Of a stretch of DNA of 64,000 bases, positions 35,871 to 45,244 are shown one piece after another (position 1 is the stretch's first letter; each line of letters opens with the position of its first letter). The notes beneath the pieces are model-generated. The model worked only from the letters and a program-made list of their open reading frames with translations, searched no databases and was not told the origin of the DNA. Both the position numbers and the translations under genes were made by a program. Origin of the DNA: a phage; sequence record NC_100372.1; one strand, 5' to 3'.

Positions 35871-36157
35871 TGAAAGATTTGGTCAAGATCAAGATTAAAG
35901 ATACCAATGGAGAACTCAGCCATTTTGGAATTAACGATGGTGACGAGCTGGTCGCCCACCTGCCTACCAAGGAAGTTGTAAGCAAGGCTGTTGCCGGAGA
36001 AGAAGATGCAATGCAGGCTGCTGGTGTGGATGAAAACTATGTAGCCATGTGCATGTGCCGAGATCAGGTTGTTCTGTATAAAGCGTATCGACCAAATGGA
36101 GCACCTGAGTGGCTTGTTTTCCGACCCGAAGGGTATGAAATTTTAGAGACACTATGA
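35870..36157 (+). CDS. Hypothetical small acidic protein
   Basis: 95-aa ORF, coupled. Confidence 0.4.
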   Translation: MKDLVKIKIKDTNGELSHFGINDGDELVAHLPTKEVVSKAVAGEEDAMQAAGVDENYVAMCMCRDQVVLYKAYRPNGAPEWLVFRPEGYEILETL

Positions 36158-36246
36158 TAAATCTTGCCAAGGTTGCAATGGCACTGCTAATTATTTGCTG
36201 GATAGTGACCTTGGCACTATGTCTTGTATTTCATTAAGGGGGCTGT

Positions 36247-36510
36247 ATGAACATCTTGGTGTGGGTTGTGGCAGTGGCGTTTGTTGCGTGCCTCTCTTGT
36301 TGGGTTGCTGTGAGGATTTCTATAGCCACTCTTCGGAAATTAGGGTTCTCAGAGTGGGATATTAATATCCTTTCTTTTCGCAATGAGACAATCTCAGCCG
36401 CCCTGCTGTGCAAGAGGTTTAAGTGGGAACCTTGTGAGGTCATGAACTATCTAAGAACAGGGGATATTCCTGAGAGATTTAAAAAAGTTCTTGACGGCAA
36501 AGACAAATGA
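36247..36510 (+). CDS. Hypothetical protein with N-terminal TM helix
   Basis: MNILVWVVAVAFVACLSCWVAV; 87 aa. Confidence 0.35.
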   Translation: MNILVWVVAVAFVACLSCWVAVRISIATLRKLGFSEWDINILSFRNETISAALLCKRFKWEPCEVMNYLRTGDIPERFKKVLDGKDK

Positions 36511-36665
36511 TAGTATAGTGACTAACAAGAGGTGAGGAATGACTGATTTTACTGAAGCTTTAATGATGGCCTTATCTGTTTTAGCGCTATCGGTGTGTTT
36601 TGGAGCGTTATTCACATCTCTGGTTAGAGTTTTACATACCATATTATCACCCAAGGAGCACAGTA

Positions 36666-36916
36666 ATGACGAAGATTGACTTAAATGCTGGCGACCATTT
36701 GTTGTCAAATGCATCGGGGATTATCTTGGATTCACAATCGGCAACACTTACGAGGCGGTAGTGGCGAAGGTTTATCATGATAAAGTCCTCAGCCTTGTGT
36801 TTGACTGTGATGATGACGGAGATGACCGTTACGTCTGTGAGGTGCTGGCACGTGACGATAGTGAAGACCAGAAATTCCTGGTTATTGAACTGAACGGTAT
36901 TTTTGTAGAACGTTAA
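36666..36916 (+). pseudogene. Possible frameshifted or non-ATG-initiated member of the small acidic protein family
   Basis: ATG at 36666 opens a 31-codon frame (MTKIDLNAGD...); a family-like sequence (...VYHDKVLSLVFDCDDDGDDRYVCEVLARDDSEDQKFLVIELNGIFVER) continues in a different frame to the stop at 36914-36916 with no in-frame ATG. Confidence 0.25.
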
Positions 36917-36944
36917 TTTAAAACAATATAAGGAGACTCTTACT

Positions 36945-37250
36945 ATGGCTAAATCTAAAGTTGAACTGTTCACCTCTCTGCCTTCTGACACTGCAGAGCG
37001 TGATCGCCTCCGTAAAACAATTGAAGAGCTGGTGGAACTTCAGCTTCAGATTAAAGATCTGAAAGACGCTATCAAGGATATTATTCTTGTCGAGAAACAG
37101 GATCATCTGTATTCTCCTAAGTTTATCAAGTCATTGGTGGCTACCGAATTCGATATCCGCTACGAAGCTGAAAAACGTCGAGCTAAAATCGAAGAAGAGG
37201 TTGAGCACATGTCTGAAGCAGACATTCTGTTCAAACGCTCTGCAGAATAA
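36945..37250 (+). CDS. Hypothetical protein
   Basis: 101-aa ORF with an AAGGAG RBS. Confidence 0.45.
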   Translation: MAKSKVELFTSLPSDTAERDRLRKTIEELVELQLQIKDLKDAIKDIILVEKQDHLYSPKFIKSLVATEFDIRYEAEKRRAKIEEEVEHMSEADILFKRSAE

Positions 37251-37267
37251 CAACGAGGAGGGGTCTT

Positions 37268-37289
37268 GGCCCCTATTTTTACTATCTAT
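37268..37289 (+). terminator. Intrinsic terminator
   Basis: aggggt-cttg-gcccct followed by attttta. Confidence 0.7.
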
Positions 37290-37303
37290 GGAGAAGATCA
37301 GAA

Positions 37304-37630
37304 ATGCTAATGCCGATTACTGTAAAAGAGCTAAATGAACGTGATGCAGGGGGCCTGTGGCCTGCACGGAAAATACGCTGCGTTTATATGAAAGAGAATC
37401 TTGAGCACCTTGATCAGCAGATTGCGGTTGGTGATATTTTCGAAGTTCTCTATTCTAATCGTCGCAACTGGGAAACCATTCAACCTTCCGGTTTTGTTCT
37501 TGCCAGACTTGATACTGGAGAAGTGATTATCCCCGGGCTGGATATTGTCTTCGAAATTATCCAGGAGTGGGATCCTGATAAGATTAAATATGAAGAGTTA
37601 TTCGGTGAAGGTATTATCAAGCCTGTGTGA
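37304..37630 (+). CDS. Hypothetical protein
   Basis: 108-aa ORF. Confidence 0.4.
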   Translation: MLMPITVKELNERDAGGLWPARKIRCVYMKENLEHLDQQIAVGDIFEVLYSNRRNWETIQPSGFVLARLDTGEVIIPGLDIVFEIIQEWDPDKIKYEELFGEGIIKPV

Positions 37631-37638
37631 GGTGGATT

Positions 37639-37938
37639 ATGTCTACAACGACAGCTAAATACTCCTATATGCCAGCAACCTCAGCAGAAATAGACTTCAG
37701 TTTCGATGTGTTTCCATTGTTTGAGATAGTCCTGGCATACCCAACAATTCTATCTACTCCTGAATCACTTGTACCTGTTAAGTTGCAGAACGCTATGCAT
37801 TCCATGCACTACAACAATAAATGTAGGCACAGATGGTGTCAAGACGAGGAAAAAGATCTGGAGAGTTTGAAAGATTTTGACAGTCACCTTTTGACACCTT
37901 TTAGTTACTCAAACCTAGACAAACCCTCATGGGTATAG
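37639..37938 (+). CDS. Hypothetical protein
   Basis: Start at MSTTTAKYS with a GAGGTGG RBS. Confidence 0.4.
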   Translation: MSTTTAKYSYMPATSAEIDFSFDVFPLFEIVLAYPTILSTPESLVPVKLQNAMHSMHYNNKCRHRWCQDEEKDLESLKDFDSHLLTPFSYSNLDKPSWV

Positions 37939-37962
37939 CAAAATATCAAATTTAAGGCACCT

Positions 37963-37990
37963 AGGACGCTCTGTGGCGTCCTTTTCTTTA
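37963..37990 (+). terminator. Intrinsic terminator
   Basis: aggacgc-tctgtg-gcgtcct followed by tttcttta. Confidence 0.7.
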
Positions 37991-38151
37991 TCTGGTGCAC
38001 GATTCCATACCTTAGACAATTAATCTCCTTACAGAGCGTTTAAAGGCATCCTACAAACAACTCTCTATTTCGAGCGTAGCGAGAACGCACGCCCGTTTTG
38101 ACCCAAATCACCATACGCTCGGATTTTAACCAAACCCTCGCGGTGTTTCTG

Positions 38152-38180
38152 TTGACACATTACCGCTCCTGTGATAATAT
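38152..38180 (+). promoter_or_regulatory. Sigma70-like promoter
   Basis: TTGACA 38152-38157; -10 candidates GATAAT 38173-38178 or TAATAT 38175-38180. Confidence 0.45.
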
Positions 38181-38200
38181 CCACACATCGTTTGAAGAAT

Positions 38201-38293
38201 ATGGGATACACAATGAAAACATTGTCAGAGGTTTTAGTGGTGATCCTGATGATCATTGCGTCCATAGCGGCTGTTGCCGGAATATGCTTATAG
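38201..38293 (+). CDS. Hydrophobic 30-aa micro-protein (MGYTMKTLSEVLVVILMIIASIAAVAGICL)
   Basis: Single predicted TM helix; downstream of the 38152 promoter; below the ORF-track threshold; speculative. Confidence 0.3.
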   Translation: MGYTMKTLSEVLVVILMIIASIAAVAGICL

Positions 38294-38368
38294 CATCGAC
38301 ACGTTCCAGCCATATGTCGATAAAGTCTTATTTTTTAAACATGTTGCCGGAATACTCACGGGTGGAAC

Positions 38369-38554
38369 ATGACCAACACACATGCATCTACAGAAACATC
38401 TGAAGGAGTGACAGAGGAAAACTTCAATTCTGAGGATTCTCTATCTCCGTCCCAGGTGGACCCTGAGGCTGATGACCTAACGTGGGAGGATATCATAGCC
38501 ATCTGGTTCTCTATTATGCCTGAGCACGAAGAGTTCAGAGGTGGGAGACTATGA
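38369..38554 (+). CDS. Hypothetical small acidic protein
   Basis: 61-aa ORF. Confidence 0.35.
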   Translation: MTNTHASTETSEGVTEENFNSEDSLSPSQVDPEADDLTWEDIIAIWFSIMPEHEEFRGGRL

Positions 38555-38674
38555 AGCACCGAGCCCACATAAGTTTATCATGCTAAAGCATGGCCTGAAG
38601 GGGCAAACGTGCATAATTCCATCGTATTGGAACGTATAAACCCCGTTCACACTCTCATTTCCAGAGGAGATTTC

Positions 38675-38890
38675 ATGAAAATAGAAATATTTGGTGGGGC
38701 TGACAACACTCGTGGCCTGATTTACCTTGAATTCGATGAATCTTACCTGCCAGAGGTGTTAAATATAGATGCTGTTGCGGAAGCCCTTGATGTAGACCCT
38801 AAAGATCTCTACTCCCGTGCTGAGATTGATGGTTGGGAAGAGACTCTGAACATTGATTTCAGTGAAGTAGTAGATGAACCTTTGGACTGA
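38675..38890 (+). CDS. Hypothetical small acidic protein (MKIEIFGG... N-terminus)
   Basis: Start at MKIEIFGGADNTRGL with a GAGGAG RBS; last gene of the plus-strand block. Confidence 0.45.
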   Translation: MKIEIFGGADNTRGLIYLEFDESYLPEVLNIDAVAEALDVDPKDLYSRAEIDGWEETLNIDFSEVVDEPLD

Positions 38891-40355
38891 CACACAAGTC
38901 TGCTTTGCAGGTTTAGCTGCTCAGCTAAGGTTCTGGAGTCACCTATAACATCTTCCAACTAAATTTCCTACCAACACAGTTACTTACCCACCACACATGA
39001 CTGTTTGCTTGTTTAGTGAGCAGTCATCCCTTGACATTCTTGCCTATCTTGATAAAATTAAGTTCTTCTCTTTTCTTTTACCGAGTAATTCGGGTTTTCT
39101 GTTCTCTTCGGTTTGAAGGGGTATGGAGATACACCTGAGTGAACAGGGTGAACAACCGAACCTTTAGCTATGGCATTAGCATGGCGAAGCGGACGGGTGA
39201 CGAAAGAGGGGCCGGAGGACACCAGTCACTGCCATATAGTATATGGGTGATAACCTGAAGAGTCTGAATAAGTGTTTAAGTACCAGTCAGAGGAAAAGGT
39301 GAATGGTAGCCGAAGGGGGAGGGGGGTTTCTTATATCTTTAATTTGTATACTTTATATACACTTGTAAACCAATTCAATTAGGATCTGTTTACCACACAA
39401 AGTGGATGGAGACAAATATCACCTATTAAACTTGAATTATTTATAGAAAATACCACAACACCGCTTAAGTCTTTGATTTTACACACAAATCTTACAAATA
39501 TCCTACCTCCATATTTAACATACTTGTAACATATTCCATATCCTACCTGCCTGATCAATTTACTCCCACCACATTCCCACATTTTCCCTGTCTGTACTAC
39601 CCCACCCCCGCCGGGAGTCCCGTCATATCTGGCTTTCCAGCAAATATCACACCCACAAATATCATCACCTGAAGAGGGTTTCATCCCATAATACCTGCCT
39701 TACCTGAAGAGCGCTTCATACACCACCTAAATTTTTTAATTGACCCCTCCCCGCCGCCGGAGAGGTTGGCTTTTCCCACACAGGCCTGAAGAGTCAGCCA
39801 GAAATATCTGAACAGGTCCAGTTATGCCCCGATTTTGTGCTTGTCCTACAGGAGTGCTGCCCTGTCAGGAGCCGGTAGCGACTGGAGTGCTGCCAGGCGG
39901 ACGGAATGGGAATACTTCTCATTTTTATAATAATTCTCAAATATCGAGGCAGTGAGGCAAATTAATAGGCCAGGCCGTTCACACAGTGGCACAACATTTG
40001 CAATCTATCTTGTGGGAGTGAATGAGAATACCTATCATTGTGAGAATGGTTATCATTACGGGCAATTTAACATAATACCTATTATGCGCACCACTGGCGA
40101 TACATACAGGGATTGATAACATGGGTTACTGTTTACGCACATAACAATTATATTTATTACTATTTGTGTGGGATATAGTTAGCAACCAATAGATTAGATA
40201 TTGACCTGCAGACTTCTGACCGTCCAGACGTCTAAACGCCCACACAACAAGGATTATACATACATTCCTGAATGTAAACAGGGCCGCAAAAAATGCTACC
40301 ATACCAGTTTGTAAATTTTTCATGCAGCACTTGACAAAGAGGAGAAAAACTTGTC

Positions 40356-40417
40356 TGACACAATGTGACAAAATTGCCACTTTTGACACTTTTACCTTTG
40401 ACACAATATGACACAAT
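40356..40417. repeat. Cluster of five TGACA(C/A)(A/T)(A/T)T repeats
   Basis: tgacacaat 40356, tgacaaaat 40366, tgacacttt 40384, tgacacaat 40399 and 40409; inside the ORF-free region. Confidence 0.6.
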
Positions 40418-40443
40418 AACGGCTGTTACTATTCCATATCTCA

Positions 40444-40503
40444 CTGTTTACGTATAGACTGTTTACGCCTGAATAGTTTACGCCCAAACTGTTTACACAG
40501 AGA
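40444..40503. repeat. Four tandem 15-bp repeats with core TGTTTACRC
   Basis: ctgtttacg 40444, ctgtttacg 40459, tagtttacg 40474, ctgtttaca 40489 (exact 15-bp period); extra copies at 40129, 40900 and 40943. Confidence 0.8.
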
Positions 40504-40510
40504 TGATAAG

Positions 40511-40750
40511 CCATGACATTCGTTTGCATGAAAACAATTAACAAGTTAATAATATATGACATAATATAAAAGCAGGGCAACTATTAGAAGATCTATAGTT
40601 GCCTTGCTTGTTATGTCATGATTAACTAAATACAAGGCAACTATGATCTGAATAATAGATTGCAGAAAAACTATCACGGGGGTGATTGTTACTGCTTTTA
40701 TATTATGTCGCGACTCCGTCGCGCCATGCCATTCGTTTGCATAGTTGCCT
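40511..40750. repeat. Nested dyad-symmetric element
   Basis: Perfect 18-bp inverted repeat gacataatataaaagcag (40558-40575) / ctgcttttatattatgtc (40692-40709); inner palindrome ggcaactat-N10-atagttgcc (40576-40603); GGCAACTAT again at 40636 and inverted at 40741; flanking direct repeat cattcgtttgcat (40517 and 40731); palindrome cgcgac-tcc-gtcgcg (40709-40723). Confidence 0.8.
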
Positions 40751-41357
40751 TATTGTTACAGGTAAAACAATTACATTATTAATTATTTCTTATCTTTCTC
40801 TTAGTCATCTAATGATTCCAGTCAGTATAGTAATGTACAGTAAACATTAGACGACTAAAGATTTCTCTGTGTATAATAACTTATCGTGACAATTTCGAAC
40901 TGTTTACGAAAAATGTTGACACCTGAGCTGATTTATGTTATGCAGTTTACACGAATAATTATTTTATGCAGGTATTGACTATTCCGTTATTCTGTGGTTG
41001 GAATAAATACTTTGCAGACTATAGAATGGCGTGCGTACGTGAATTCTGAGATCTGGCGGCTATAGTTATACTCGATTTTTCGCGTAGAACACGCTTTCGA
41101 TGCTGTGTAAGTGTATGACTTATAAAGATTTTTAGTTGTTGACAAGATATTGGAGATGTGCATCAGGTTAAAATTTGTGCAATAGCGGCATTACGTGCAC
41201 TTTTGGGAGAGAAAACGGGTAAAAATGGCCCTGCTACCACACAATGAAAGATTATGCAATGGTTATTTTCCATGTATATTTGTACAGTATGTGGGATTGA
41301 TGGCTAGTCAATTATTCCACTTGCCAGGTAGGGCCGTTTATGGTAGGAGAAGAGCAG

Positions 41358-41386
41358 ACAAAAAGAAAGGGGCCTTTAAGCCCCTT
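41358..41386 (-). terminator. Intrinsic terminator for the minus-strand block
   Basis: Plus-strand aaggggc-ctttaa-gcccctt; on the minus strand it is followed by tctttttgtc; sits just past the stop of 41405-41824. Confidence 0.65.
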
Positions 41387-41404
41387 GATAATTCAGTTAA
41401 GAAA

Positions 41405-41824
41405 TTATAATGATTCGTATATTTCAAAAATCCGATTTGCCAGGTCGTTACGGTAGCGGAATTTTTCATCGCGCTTGATCATTAAATCCTTATAGCCGTA
41501 CTCTTTAAGCACTTCATTAACTTTATAGCGGCATACCTGCATATTATCTTGAGCGTCACCAATAAACTTGTTGCTGTGGTGCATTGCTTTAATTTCTTCT
41601 TCCAGGACCAGGGCAACTACCCGGACCGGATCAAGCTGGTAGGCGGTAACATCTATGCGGCATTGTAGACGGCTTTTAACGTCTGCCACCGGATATACTG
41701 CAACCTCTTCCCCGTCAACATTGACAATAATTAGTTTACCATCGATTTCGAATCCTTTCGCCGCCGGACCGTGACAAAAAGCGTTATCAAAGCTATATGC
41801 CGGATTATCAGATTTAATGTTCAT
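41405..41824 (-). CDS. Hypothetical protein
   Basis: 139-aa ORF, last gene of the minus block. Confidence 0.45.
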   Translation of the reverse strand: MNIKSDNPAYSFDNAFCHGPAAKGFEIDGKLIIVNVDGEEVAVYPVADVKSRLQCRIDVTAYQLDPVRVVALVLEEEIKAMHHSNKFIGDAQDNMQVCRYKVNEVLKEYGYKDLMIKRDEKFRYRNDLANRIFEIYESL

Positions 41825-41968
41825 GGTGTTTTTACCTCTTAGTTAATTTTCTTACAACTTCCCTTCAAAAAAGAATATAGCAAAACTGCCGATCCCTGTC
41901 AACAAGGGATAGCATAATTTTTATGTGATCAAGGGGCTTTATCGCCCCTGACCATGCAACCTGTTGTA

Positions 41969-42232
41969 TTATTTGTTGCTCATCCAGTTTTCCCAAGCTG
42001 CCTGATAATCTGCCTCACTACGGCGGATCTCTTCTTGTTCTTCAAGCCGGATCTCTTCTTCCAGGTACCCCAAGATATCGGCTTTTTTGGTCTGGCGTAA
42101 CATCCAATCGTCTTTTTTGCGAGTAAAGATCTTGTACGCTTTCTCGCAAACTTCTTTTTTGCTACCTTTTTGGACTTCAAGAATTCTGTAAGCCATGTAC
42201 TGAACTAGTTTGAGCTGGTCAAGACGTTTCAT
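41969..42232 (-). CDS. Hypothetical protein
   Basis: 87-aa ORF. Confidence 0.4.
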   Translation of the reverse strand: MKRLDQLKLVQYMAYRILEVQKGSKKEVCEKAYKIFTRKKDDWMLRQTKKADILGYLEEEIRLEEQEEIRRSEADYQAAWENWMSNK

Positions 42233-42288
42233 GATGTTTTCCTCTTTATGTGGTTCGTTTCGATTAGTTGATAATATAGCATGAATTG

Positions 42289-42507
42289 CTATTTACTCAC
42301 AACAATATCGAAAACAAATTTTTCTTTGTTGTCAAAACTCACGTATCCGATTCGACCACGCAATCCCCGAGTAGTGCCGTATTCGTAACCATCAAGGCCT
42401 TTAACCTTCCAATCCGTACCCATTAAAACCGCATTATATTTCTGACCAACTACAAAAGCGCTACCAGTTGATTCAATGCAAACAACTTTAATTTTACGGG
42501 TTGCCAT
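42289..42507 (-). CDS. Hypothetical protein
   Basis: 72-aa ORF. Confidence 0.4.
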   Translation of the reverse strand: MATRKIKVVCIESTGSAFVVGQKYNAVLMGTDWKVKGLDGYEYGTTRGLRGRIGYVSFDNKEKFVFDIVVSK

Positions 42508-42569
42508 TTTCTTTCTCTCTTTTTGTGCGGTTCTGATTAGTGGGCCTTTTGGCCCGTGTCATTATCTTA

Positions 42570-42842
42570 TTACTTACGGCGGCAGAATTCAAGCGTTTTT
42601 AATTGATAATCTTCCTCAGCCTGAAGTACAACCGCCTCGATCATTTCGTTGGCATTGTTGAAGCCATACCCTTTAGCGAACTCGTCCGCACCACCTTCGT
42701 GATCATGTTCTGCGTTCATCGCTTCCACGAAATGGAATTCAAGATTATTGAGATAAGGGCTTGATGTTCCGTCCTCTTTTTCGATGAGATCCCAAATAGT
42801 ATTAAAACGTGATTCGACTTCTTGGTTAATCCAGCTTAACAT
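42570..42842 (-). CDS. Hypothetical acidic protein
   Basis: 90-aa ORF. Confidence 0.4.
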   Translation of the reverse strand: MLSWINQEVESRFNTIWDLIEKEDGTSSPYLNNLEFHFVEAMNAEHDHEGGADEFAKGYGFNNANEMIEAVVLQAEEDYQLKTLEFCRRK

Positions 42843-43054
42843 GGCGTTTTCCTCTCTTCTGGTTGTTGTGTGGGCACTTTTGCCCCTTCAAGATAAATGT
42901 TACCCCACCGCCTGGCAGGTGTCAACGGTTTTTATAGTTTTTTATATGACAGGCACCCCCGGTGATTGTCTCCCCCCGTCGCCAGGTGCCTGCCGTGAAA
43001 CAAGTATAACAAAAAACAGGACCATTACAAGCCCTGTTTTATGGTTTATAAAGA

Positions 43055-43246
43055 TTATATTTTTTCGCCTATATAGTCCGGTCGGTTTTTCTCTGTCATA
43101 CGCTTAAGCAATTCTTGCATGTTGCTTATGGCTTGCAGTGTATCCTCTTCAAGGGATGAATCGAGATAATCAGGATCATTCTTCACCTTGCAATGGTTAT
43201 GGTAACGTAGTACTGCCAGTACTTTTTTAACTTCTTCTGCTGTCAT
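43055..43246 (-). CDS. Hypothetical protein
   Basis: 63-aa ORF. Confidence 0.35.
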   Translation of the reverse strand: MTAEEVKKVLAVLRYHNHCKVKNDPDYLDSSLEEDTLQAISNMQELLKRMTEKNRPDYIGEKI

Positions 43247-43391
43247 TATTCCACCTAAAACAATGAGTTAATATATAACATTAGATCGCTGACTACCAGG
43301 ACAACACTGATCAGCACATACCTAACCATAAGGGGAAAGATCGCCAACATTGCCACCACGATCCCCATGGTAATAATTATCTTTCTCATGG

Positions 43392-43676
43392 TTAACGGTT
43401 CACGTAAGTTTTCCCGTTTACGGTTATCGGCAGATCCTCCAGGTCTGGATCTTCTTTAAGGTCGCGAGCAAGTTCACCGCACCGGACGCCCTCGAATCCG
43501 TAGTACTCTGTAGTGCCGTCCTTAAAAGTTTTTGCGGCAAGGCATAGGCGATAAGTAACCCCGATTTGATTGACGGCATGGATATCAGTTAGATCTACCT
43601 CTTTTGCCAACTCTTTAGCCATTACAGGCGCATTAAGTCCAACAACCAGGGCAACCACTGCGATCATCTTTTTCAT
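43392..43676 (-). CDS. Small secreted/periplasmic protein
   Basis: Signal-peptide-like N-terminus MKKMIAVVALVVGLNAPVMA followed by KE; two Cys in the mature part; 94 aa. Confidence 0.45.
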   Translation of the reverse strand: MKKMIAVVALVVGLNAPVMAKELAKEVDLTDIHAVNQIGVTYRLCLAAKTFKDGTTEYYGFEGVRCGELARDLKEDPDLEDLPITVNGKTYVNR

Positions 43677-43767
43677 TGTGTCTATCCTCTTTCTGCTACG
43701 TTTAAGGCGGCAGTAACCGCCTGTTTATGCTTTGTTGGTTAATTTTCGGGTATCTGTATAAATTAAA

Positions 43768-43983
43768 CTATGCTGTACGCTCAACTATAACAACGGCTTG
43801 AGGGATCTCACCTTCAACCACTATCAAGGCTTTTTTCTGCGTGATAGATATCTTTACCCGCTTCAGCGTGGCGGTAAAATCTTTCATTTCGTCACGTGGT
43901 GTTTTAGTGCAATACCAGATCTCAGGCTTGCCGATCTGCAAGTTGCGTAAAAATTCTGTTTTGCCTGTTTTGTTGGTGATCAT
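43768..43983 (-). CDS. Hypothetical protein
   Basis: 71-aa ORF. Confidence 0.35.
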   Translation of the reverse strand: MITNKTGKTEFLRNLQIGKPEIWYCTKTPRDEMKDFTATLKRVKISITQKKALIVVEGEIPQAVVIVERTA

Positions 43984-44039
43984 TTGCCCCTCTTTATTTT
44001 TTCATAATTTCAGGAGGGGCCTTTTCGGCCCCGCCAGGC

Positions 44040-44324
44040 TTATTTATTGATGGCGTGCAACGGGAAAGGTACGCCAGGTTGATAGATAACTTTTACAACC
44101 TCATCAGGGCAAAAGAAGTTGCAAAATTCACCGCAATAGGCTTCGTCTTCTTTTAGCTCTTCATCAACATACTCAAAAAAGTAGTCGATGCTTGGATAAT
44201 CCTGGCCGGGATTATAGTCGACCATTGTCAGGACTAGCTCAAGATCGTTGCGTAGGATATGCATACCAGCTTTTAAGTATTTGGCTTCCATTTCTACTAC
44301 ATCGCCAACGGTAACAATAGCCAT
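44040..44324 (-). CDS. Hypothetical protein
   Basis: 94-aa ORF. Confidence 0.4.
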   Translation of the reverse strand: MAIVTVGDVVEMEAKYLKAGMHILRNDLELVLTMVDYNPGQDYPSIDYFFEYVDEELKEDEAYCGEFCNFFCPDEVVKVIYQPGVPFPLHAINK

Positions 44325-44532
44325 GGTTTTAACTCCTATCTATCCGGTTAATGATTGGAGGCCTCACCGCCCCCCCCGACACCCTTTATTATCCATATTG
44401 TAGGACTTGATGCAAGTACTTCTTTAAAAAATTTTTAAGCGCCTTGGGGCCGCTGTAACGCCAAAATAATAAAGGCCATGCGGGTTGCATAGCCTTTAGA
44501 TGATTATATCGCTGTAGGCCCTGCTGGGGGCC

Positions 44533-44883
44533 TTATTTTGCATTATTTCCTATATTGCCGCTACGGTACCAGCGTTTACGGTGAAAATGGTAATAATCGC
44601 CATCGGCATTGAACATCAGATGGTTTTCAATAACCAGCTTACGAAGGTGGGCCGGATCTTGTTCCATTCTTGCCAGACTCTGGCGGCTGTTACGTAAGCG
44701 GATAAATTCCATATTCAGGCCGTTGATTGCAGCATGGATGTCAAAGTAACCACCTTTGAGACGTTCACGCATGGCGTTAATCTCAACACAATATACAGAT
44801 TTCTCACAAATCAAGGTATTAGCCAGGGCGCGGACCTGGGCAAGGGGGTTAAGCTCATTAAGGTAATATAGTTTTACTTTCAT
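44533..44883 (-). CDS. Hypothetical protein
   Basis: 116-aa ORF. Confidence 0.4.
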   Translation of the reverse strand: MKVKLYYLNELNPLAQVRALANTLICEKSVYCVEINAMRERLKGGYFDIHAAINGLNMEFIRLRNSRQSLARMEQDPAHLRKLVIENHLMFNADGDYYHFHRKRWYRSGNIGNNAK

Positions 44884-44900
44884 AAAATAACCTGCTGAAA

Positions 44901-45221
44901 CTAGTTTGAGAAAACATCGTTCACAATAGCGATCACAATGCCGTTCACCTTGTCACGGTCAACAATGCACAAATCGCCATAGATCATGTGGTAGTCTGGA
45001 TGATCTTTCACGGAATAATCAATGAGTGTTTTCTTATCGTCCAGCTTACTAACTTCCATTCTCATAACGATATGAGAATCATCAAAGGCATTATTCCGAA
45101 AAGTCATAACCTGACCGCCAGGGCACCCGGTGATCTCTACTTCCACGCCGTCTACGATCTGACCATCAAAGAAATAAAGATTATTAGCCTGGATAAACAT
45201 GATCATTACTCCTTTTTGCAC
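44901..45221 (-). CDS. Hypothetical protein
   Basis: 106-aa ORF; preceded on the minus strand by the 45-bp repeat element. Confidence 0.4.
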   Translation of the reverse strand: MQKGVMIMFIQANNLYFFDGQIVDGVEVEITGCPGGQVMTFRNNAFDDSHIVMRMEVSKLDDKKTLIDYSVKDHPDYHMIYGDLCIVDRDKVNGIVIAIVNDVFSN

Positions 45222-45244
45222 TGATTATTTTAACAGGGTTTAAA

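Noticed and set aside
36451-36991. Minus-strand ORFs 36451-36714 and 36647-36991 inside the plus-strand block
   Set aside because: Antisense to a region whose plus strand carries family-like coding sequence and small ORFs; unusual composition; no RBS; opposite to the block orientation.
39379-39684. Track ORF on the minus strand inside the noncoding region (101 aa, Gly-rich)
   Set aside because: Low-complexity Gly/Cys-rich translation produced by the G-rich strand bias, no RBS, lies within repeat DNA; judged spurious. The same applies to 40126-40444, 40392-40580 and 50520-50849.
38891-41404. tRNA genes in the large ORF-free region
   Set aside because: Scanning both strands for T-loop-like GGTTCRANYC or GTTCGAAT motifs with appropriately spaced acceptor-stem complementarity found nothing convincing. 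A proper tRNAscan run is still advisable.
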